From contig CAVXRD010000003.1 of NCBI GenBank assembly GCA_963764165.1, positions 384,001 through 448,000 on the forward strand: a DNA stretch of 64,000 bases, in the 5' to 3' direction. Position 1 is the stretch's first letter. Each line of letters starts with the position of its first letter. The DNA comes from an uncultured Verrucomicrobiae bacterium (lineage in GTDB: Bacteria > Verrucomicrobiota > Verrucomicrobiia > Limisphaerales > Palsa-1400). A program made the position numbers and the translations under genes. The notes under the pieces were generated by a model, which was not told the origin of the DNA, ran no database searches, and saw nothing but the letters and a program-made list of their open reading frames with translations. Below are positions 58,822-64,000 of the stretch, in pieces.

Positions 58822-59439
58822 ATGAGTGTTCCATCTGTCGTTGTTTTTGATTTGGGAAAAGTGCTGGTCGATTTCGATTACGGCATTTCCGCCGCCAAAT
58901 TTGCCGCGCGCAGCAAAATGCCGCCAGAAGAATTGCGCAAGGCGCTGGATCATTCCCCCCTGCTCTACCGCTTTGAAACTGGGCTGATGACGAATGAGGA
59001 ATTCGCGGGCGAAGTTTGTTCACTCTGCGGATATTCAGGCACAGTGGATGAATTTTACGCGACGTTCGCGGACATTTTTTCGGAGATCAAACCGATGATT
59101 GCCATGCACGCTTCACTACGAGCCAATGGCGTGCCGACCTGCATTTTTTCGAATACGAACGGCATCGCGGTTGGGCATATCCGCTCGCGATTTCCGTTTT
59201 TTGCGAACTTTGACAATTATGTTTACTCCTACGAGCACGGCTCAATGAAGCCGGACGCAAAGATTTACTCGATTGTGGAAAAGGTCACGGGATTTAGCGG
59301 CGATAAGATTGTTTACATTGATGATCGCGCGGAAAATGTGGAGGGCGGGCTGAAGCGCGGCTGGCGTGGGATCTTGCACGAGACGCCGGAGAAGACGATT
59401 CCCATTTTGCGCGAGATGGGGCTGCCGGTGGGGAAATAG
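58822..59439 (+). CDS. HAD superfamily phosphatase
   Basis: FDLGKVL, SNTN, KP and IDD motifs. Confidence 0.9.
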   Translation: MSVPSVVVFDLGKVLVDFDYGISAAKFAARSKMPPEELRKALDHSPLLYRFETGLMTNEEFAGEVCSLCGYSGTVDEFYATFADIFSEIKPMIAMHASLRANGVPTCIFSNTNGIAVGHIRSRFPFFANFDNYVYSYEHGSMKPDAKIYSIVEKVTGFSGDKIVYIDDRAENVEGGLKRGWRGILHETPEKTIPILREMGLPVGK

Positions 59440-59514
59440 AGCGGGCTTTTATTCTACTTGACACGATTCCCATGACTCGCATTTCTCCCATGGGAGGAAT
59501 GGGACATATGAGAG

Positions 59515-60222
59515 TTATGAGTTCAGGAATTTGATCATAGGCGGCTCGGGATCGCCCAGCGAGAAGACGCGTTCGGATAAGTCGTTTAGCGCGCGGCGGG
59601 CGGGCTCGAAATGCTCGGAGAGTGTGTCGTATACCGAGGCGAGGTCGTAGCGGGTTGCCAGGCGATGGCCGCTGGCGACGCGGAAATTCGCGCGTCCCAA
59701 ATCCTGGTAATATCGCAGGCTCGGAGCGCCGCGGCGTTCGGCGCGATGCCGGATATGCTCGGGAAAAACGCCGGACAGGAAGAGCGAATGATTTCCAATG
59801 TGCGCGCGAATGAGGAACGAAGTGTGGTCGTCCGCCTTTTCCAGCGCGGCCAGCATTTCAAACACGTATTTCAGGTGCTGGCCGTCGGAACTCACGCATC
59901 TTGCGCGTTCTTCGCGCGAGAATTCCGTCAACAACTCCGCCACGTAGTCCGCCACACGGCGGTCGTCGAGGCCGGATTTTTTCAAAACATTCCGCACCAG
60001 CACGTAAAAGTACAGATGCGGGGAGACTCGAAGACATCCGCCCTGTTCCAGCAAGGCACGATACAACAGTTCGTCGTCCAGGATGAGGTCGCGTGTTTCG
60101 GGGTCTGCCAAAAGTAACGTCAAGGATTCGGCGGCGCCCCTTTTTTTTCCGAGCACCGCGATGATGAAGTCTACGTCGTTCGCCGTGAATTGGACCCGGC
60201 AATTAGCCTGAATCACTTTCAT
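59515..60222 (-). CDS. Conserved-looking hypothetical helical protein
   Basis: 235-aa ORF with its own promoter-like boxes; VADYVAELL and HIGNHSLFLSGVFP motifs. Confidence 0.8.
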   Translation of the reverse strand: MKVIQANCRVQFTANDVDFIIAVLGKKRGAAESLTLLLADPETRDLILDDELLYRALLEQGGCLRVSPHLYFYVLVRNVLKKSGLDDRRVADYVAELLTEFSREERARCVSSDGQHLKYVFEMLAALEKADDHTSFLIRAHIGNHSLFLSGVFPEHIRHRAERRGAPSLRYYQDLGRANFRVASGHRLATRYDLASVYDTLSEHFEPARRALNDLSERVFSLGDPEPPMIKFLNS

Positions 60223-60286
60223 GGAACTCTATACTAAGCAAATGTTGTTCCATTGCAAACCTTGTCATTGAATTTAGGCAAGAAAG

Positions 60287-61366
60287 TTAGCTCAATCTCC
60301 GCAGCGATCCGGCTTTGACCTCCCATCGCTGGAGATCGCGCCCCAGTTCGCGGGGCCAATTCTCCTCCGTGCAAGTCATGAAGACCTGGCTGCGCGCGTA
60401 ATGCGCACGATTGAGCAGCGGCAAAAAGCCCGAGCGCCGATGGGCATCGAGTTCGCCCATGATGTCGTCAATCAATAAAACCGGCGGCACGCCGTGGACG
60501 GTGGTCAAATATTCCGCCTGGGTCATTTTTAGCGCAATGGCGATGGACCGTTTTTGCCCCTCGCTGGAAAATTGCGTCGCGGATTTGCCGTTGAGCCGCA
60601 TGAGCAATTCGTCGCGATGCGGGCCGATGACGGTTGAGCGCAATGTTTTTTCCCTTGCCCGATTGCGCGCCAATTCCACCGCAAAATCATGCTTGACGCT
60701 TGATTGATATTCGATGGTGAAGGTCTCCGCCCCGCCAGCCACACGGCGATAGGATTCGACAGCGATGGGTGCCACCTTCGGCAGGAACTCATGGCGCAGG
60801 CGCATGAGTTCCGTCCCGGCCTCGACGAGGTGGTGGGTGAAACTTTCCAGCGCGGCGAGATCGGGGTGGAGTTGCTTGAGCAGCGCGTTGCGGGAGCGCA
60901 GCGCGGCGGCGTAGCGCTGCAACAGCGGCAGATAAGCCGCATGCGTCTGGCTCAGGAGCAGATCGATGAAACGCCGGCGCAAACGCCCCGCGCCTTTGAC
61001 AAGCTGGGTGTCCTCGCTGCAAAAAACCACGGCGCGCAAAGTCCCGAGGAACTCACCGAGTTTCCGAACGGGTTTGGCATCGAGGGTCAATTGGCGCTCC
61101 GCCGCCGACCAATACATTTTAATGTCGTGGGAGGTGCGCGAGCAAATTTGCGCGCCGATGAAATAGCCTTTGCCGCCGTGCCGAACAAGCTGGGAGCCGC
61201 CGACGCCGCGAAATGACCTCAGCGTGGCCAGCAGATAAATGGCTTCGAGAATGTTGGTCTTGCCTTGGGCATTATCCCCCAGCAAGACGTGGAAGCCGGG
61301 GGTAAAATCCGCCTCCAAGCGACCGTAATTGCGAAAATCCCGCAGCTTGAGATGGGCCAAATGCAC
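60287..61366 (-). CDS. recF: DNA replication/repair protein RecF
   Basis: FRNY, GDNAQGKTNILEAI, GPHRD, SEGQKR and LLIDDIMGELD. Confidence 0.96.
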   Translation of the reverse strand: MHLAHLKLRDFRNYGRLEADFTPGFHVLLGDNAQGKTNILEAIYLLATLRSFRGVGGSQLVRHGGKGYFIGAQICSRTSHDIKMYWSAAERQLTLDAKPVRKLGEFLGTLRAVVFCSEDTQLVKGAGRLRRRFIDLLLSQTHAAYLPLLQRYAAALRSRNALLKQLHPDLAALESFTHHLVEAGTELMRLRHEFLPKVAPIAVESYRRVAGGAETFTIEYQSSVKHDFAVELARNRAREKTLRSTVIGPHRDELLMRLNGKSATQFSSEGQKRSIAIALKMTQAEYLTTVHGVPPVLLIDDIMGELDAHRRSGFLPLLNRAHYARSQVFMTCTEENWPRELGRDLQRWEVKAGSLRRLS

Positions 61367-61465
61367 GCTGCATCATTGTCGCCACAGATGGGCACAGATC
61401 AACACAGATTTCCGAAAGCCGGAAAGGGACTTTGAAGTGGGAAGTATGGGACAAATGGGAAGAAT

Positions 61466-61720
61466 CTAAAAGAGGCTCTTGATTTTTGTGGTTTGTGGTC
61501 TGGAAACCAAGACTGCGTTGCGATTTCCGACGGGATAACTTATATCGCTTTGGCCGTCTTTGGATTCCACCACGATCAAAGCGGCGAACAGACCCCTTTC
61601 CCGGCAGAAAGCCTCGGCCACGCCCACACTCTCAAACGCCTTGGCGACGGTTGCGTCCTGGTTCCATTCCACGCCGTCGAAAAAGGCTTTGCTGGCCGGT
61701 TCCTGCACTAAAATACGCAT
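61466..61720 (-). CDS. Small hypothetical protein
   Basis: 84 aa with GGAG ribosome-binding site and a globular-looking sequence; palindromic site upstream. Confidence 0.65.
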   Translation of the reverse strand: MRILVQEPASKAFFDGVEWNQDATVAKAFESVGVAEAFCRERGLFAALIVVESKDGQSDISYPVGNRNAVLVSRPQTTKIKSLF

Positions 61721-61801
61721 TCTCCGGCGAAGATAAGGGTTTCCCTCGCATAGGGCAAGGGAAAACGCCTCACAATTTGCAAATTCGATAAATGTAAGTT
61801 C

Positions 61802-63418
61802 CTATTGCGAAGTTCCTTCGGGATTCGCGGTGCCTTTCATAACCTTTTTTGAGGTCGGAAGATCATTCGAATTCCACCCCCCACCGAGAGCCACAATCAA
61901 TTGCACCGCCGAGGTCATTTGCTGCTCGTGGATCGTCACCGCCGACTGTTGATTGCCAAGCAACGAATTCTGCGCGGTGATCACGTTCAAATAGCTGGTG
62001 ATGCCGAGGCGGTAGCGCTGAATCGAGAGATCCACGTTGCGCTGCGCAGCCTTCACCGCCACGTCTTCCTGATGGCCTTCCCGGTCCAATATCCGCAGAG
62101 CGGCGATATTATCTTCCACTTGCTGAAACGCCGTCAGGACAGTTTCGCGATAAGTCGCGACATTTGCCCGATAATTATCCCAAGCTTGCTCCGTGACGGC
62201 CTTGCGTTTTCCGGCATCGAAAATTGTTTCCGCAGCCGTCGCGCCCACCGCCCAATAAAAGCTGCCGGATTGGAGCAATTTCTGCATCGTGGAGCTTTGA
62301 AATCCCGTGCTGCCAGTCAGGCTCAATGAGGGATAGTAAGCCGCCCGCGCCACGCCTATGCTCGCGTTGCCTTCGGCGACAGCGCGTTCGGCGGCCGCGA
62401 TGTCCGGGCGGCGTTCGAGCAATTGCGCCGGCACGCCAACGGGGATGGCGGGTGGACTGTAGGCGCGCTTTTCAATTTTCAGCGAAAATGTCGAAGCAGG
62501 CTGCCCCAGCAGCAAGGCGATGGCGTGCTCGTATTGCGCGCGTTGAACCTCCAGAGCGGTGGATTGGGCCAGCGTCGTTTCGAGCAGCGTATCCGCCTGG
62601 GCGACGTCCAAGTCGGAATCGATCCCGGTCTCGAACAGCTTGGTTGTCAAGTCGAGCGAGGCCCGATAGTTGACGATGGTGTTGCTGTAAAGCTCGATCA
62701 ATTCGTCCTGGGCGCGCAGTTCATAGAAATCGACTGCAAGTTCGGATTGAATGGTAAGGCGCATGTTCTCCACTTGCGCGGCGGAAGCCTGGGCGGAGGC
62801 GACGCTGGCCTTGACGGTATTGCGGATGCTGCCCCATAAATCCGGCTCCCACGTTGCGTCGATGGGCAGACTGTATGAGGAATAGATGCTTGATGAACTG
62901 GCAACCGTCGTGCCGCCGCCACCGGAATTGGTGGAAGTAACGGCTGTAACGCTGCCTCCAGAAGCGTTTTTCGACGGATGCGTCTTGGTAACTTCAGGCG
63001 CCGCCGTGACGGTTGGGAATAATTGCGACCGGGCCTGCTTGGCCACGGCGCGGGCCGCAAGAAAATTTTCCAGCGAAGCTTTGAGCGTTTGGTTGGAGAC
63101 GACCACCTGCGACTCGAGCGTGTTCAACTGCGGGTCGTTGAACATTTCCCACCAGTTGCCTTTCAGGGCGGCGTCGGAAGGTTCGGCGGTTTTCCAGCCG
63201 TTCGTCTCCTTGTATCCAGATGGGGTGGCGATGTCTGGCACCTTGTATTTGGGGGCAAAATTGCACCCTGCCGCCAGCGCCGCCACCAGCGCCGCGAGCG
63301 CACAAATGCCAGGGACGCCTCGCCAAGACGTCCAGTGGCGCACGAATAATCCCAACCCTGGACGCCTCGGCGAGGCGTCCCTACCTAAGCCTGCAGCTTT
63401 CAAAGTTGTTTTTGACAT
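61802..63418 (-). CDS. NodT/OprM family efflux outer-membrane lipoprotein
   Basis: LAAGC lipobox, WWEMFNDPQL, WEPDLWG, LLERRPDI and ALGGGW. Confidence 0.93.
   Translation of the reverse strand: MSKTTLKAAGLGRDASPRRPGLGLFVRHWTSWRGVPGICALAALVAALAAGCNFAPKYKVPDIATPSGYKETNGWKTAEPSDAALKGNWWEMFNDPQLNTLESQVVVSNQTLKASLENFLAARAVAKQARSQLFPTVTAAPEVTKTHPSKNASGGSVTAVTSTNSGGGGTTVASSSSIYSSYSLPIDATWEPDLWGSIRNTVKASVASAQASAAQVENMRLTIQSELAVDFYELRAQDELIELYSNTIVNYRASLDLTTKLFETGIDSDLDVAQADTLLETTLAQSTALEVQRAQYEHAIALLLGQPASTFSLKIEKRAYSPPAIPVGVPAQLLERRPDIAAAERAVAEGNASIGVARAAYYPSLSLTGSTGFQSSTMQKLLQSGSFYWAVGATAAETIFDAGKRKAVTEQAWDNYRANVATYRETVLTAFQQVEDNIAALRILDREGHQEDVAVKAAQRNVDLSIQRYRLGITSYLNVITAQNSLLGNQQSAVTIHEQQMTSAVQLIVALGGGWNSNDLPTSKKVMKGTANPEGTSQ
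63311..63385. repeat. REP-like doublet, family A, inside the 5' end of the OprM-like gene
   Basis: Arms 63311-63333 (2 mismatches to consensus) and 63360-63385. Confidence 0.85.
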
Positions 63419-63433
63419 ATCGCTGAATCTAAA

Positions 63434-64000
63434 TCAAGCCACCGCCGGCTGTGGCGCTTTTTCGCGCGGATGCGGCTTTCCCCGAACTCCGCGCCACCAG
63501 ATGCTAAACCGGTCGAAATAGAGATAAACCACGGGCGTCGTATAAAGAGTCAAAACCTGGCTGAAAAGGAGTCCGCCCACAATCGCGACACCGAGCGGAC
63601 GGCGAAGCTCCGAGCCGGTTCCGCCTCCGATCACCAGTGGCAGCGCGCCGAACGCAGCGGCGAGCGTCGTCATCAAAATCGGGCGGAAGCGCAGAATTGA
63701 CGCCTGGTAAATTGCTTCCTCCGGTGACAAGCCGCCTTTGCGTTCGGCTTCGATGGCGAAGTCGACCATGAGAATTCCATTTTTCTTGACGATGCCGACG
63801 AGCAGAATCAATCCGATCAAGGCAATGATGCTTAACTCAATGTTGAACAGCATGAGAAATACAAACGCGCCGACCCCCGCCGAGAGCAGCGTGGAAAGAA
63901 TCGTGATCGGATGGACGTAACTTTCGTAGAGAATGCCAAGAACGATGTAAACCGCCAACAACGCGCTGAATATCAGCAGACCCTCGCCGGAAAGCGCCGC
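63434..64000 (-). CDS. RND efflux permease (MdtB/MdtC-like), 3' part only
   Basis: [37 protein letters not shown] and LYTTPVVYL; the ORF continues beyond the window. Confidence 0.93.
   Translation of the reverse strand, partial: AALSGEGLLIFSALLAVYIVLGILYESYVHPITILSTLLSAGVGAFVFLMLFNIELSIIALIGLILLVGIVKKNGILMVDFAIEAERKGGLSPEEAIYQASILRFRPILMTTLAAAFGALPLVIGGGTGSELRRPLGVAIVGGLLFSQVLTLYTTPVVYLYFDRFSIWWRGVRGKPHPREKAPQPAVA

Overview
GC-rich bacterial chromosome segment. The gene content (GloVer repeats, DUF1080-ThuA fusion, lepB with an N-terminal extension) suggests Verrucomicrobia of the Pedosphaera type; this is an inference. The left 13.4 kb is a single giant minus-strand ORF that the ORF track misses because it runs off the window. 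It encodes at least 4,482 aa: a signal peptide, seven beta-helix/choice-of-anchor-Q modules linked by Ig domains, an alpha-helical insert in module 1, and FG-GAP repeats. The rest is mostly housekeeping and metabolic genes: lepA-lepB, oppD/oppF, sulfatase, dnaG, a Cus-type metal efflux operon, aroB, trpG/pabA, an RNase II-like gene, a gamma-glutamylation cluster, a two-component system with a TPR/ankyrin partner, SRP RNA-dnaX-ybaB-recR, recF and an RND efflux pair. Best candidates for undescribed systems: (1) a Cys-rich exported leader peptide whose stop-codon region base-pairs with the Shine-Dalgarno of the first metal-efflux gene, a possible metal-sensing attenuator; (2) a ~200-nt non-coding element present twice, each preceded by 10-bp-period repeats; (3) several palindromic repeat families that nest inside each other and lie in frame within signal peptides and the DnaX linker; (4) a kinase-regulator-TPR/ankyrin module with a shared 11-bp-period box. 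No CRISPR array, tRNA, rRNA or transposase was seen. All translations and alignments were done by eye.
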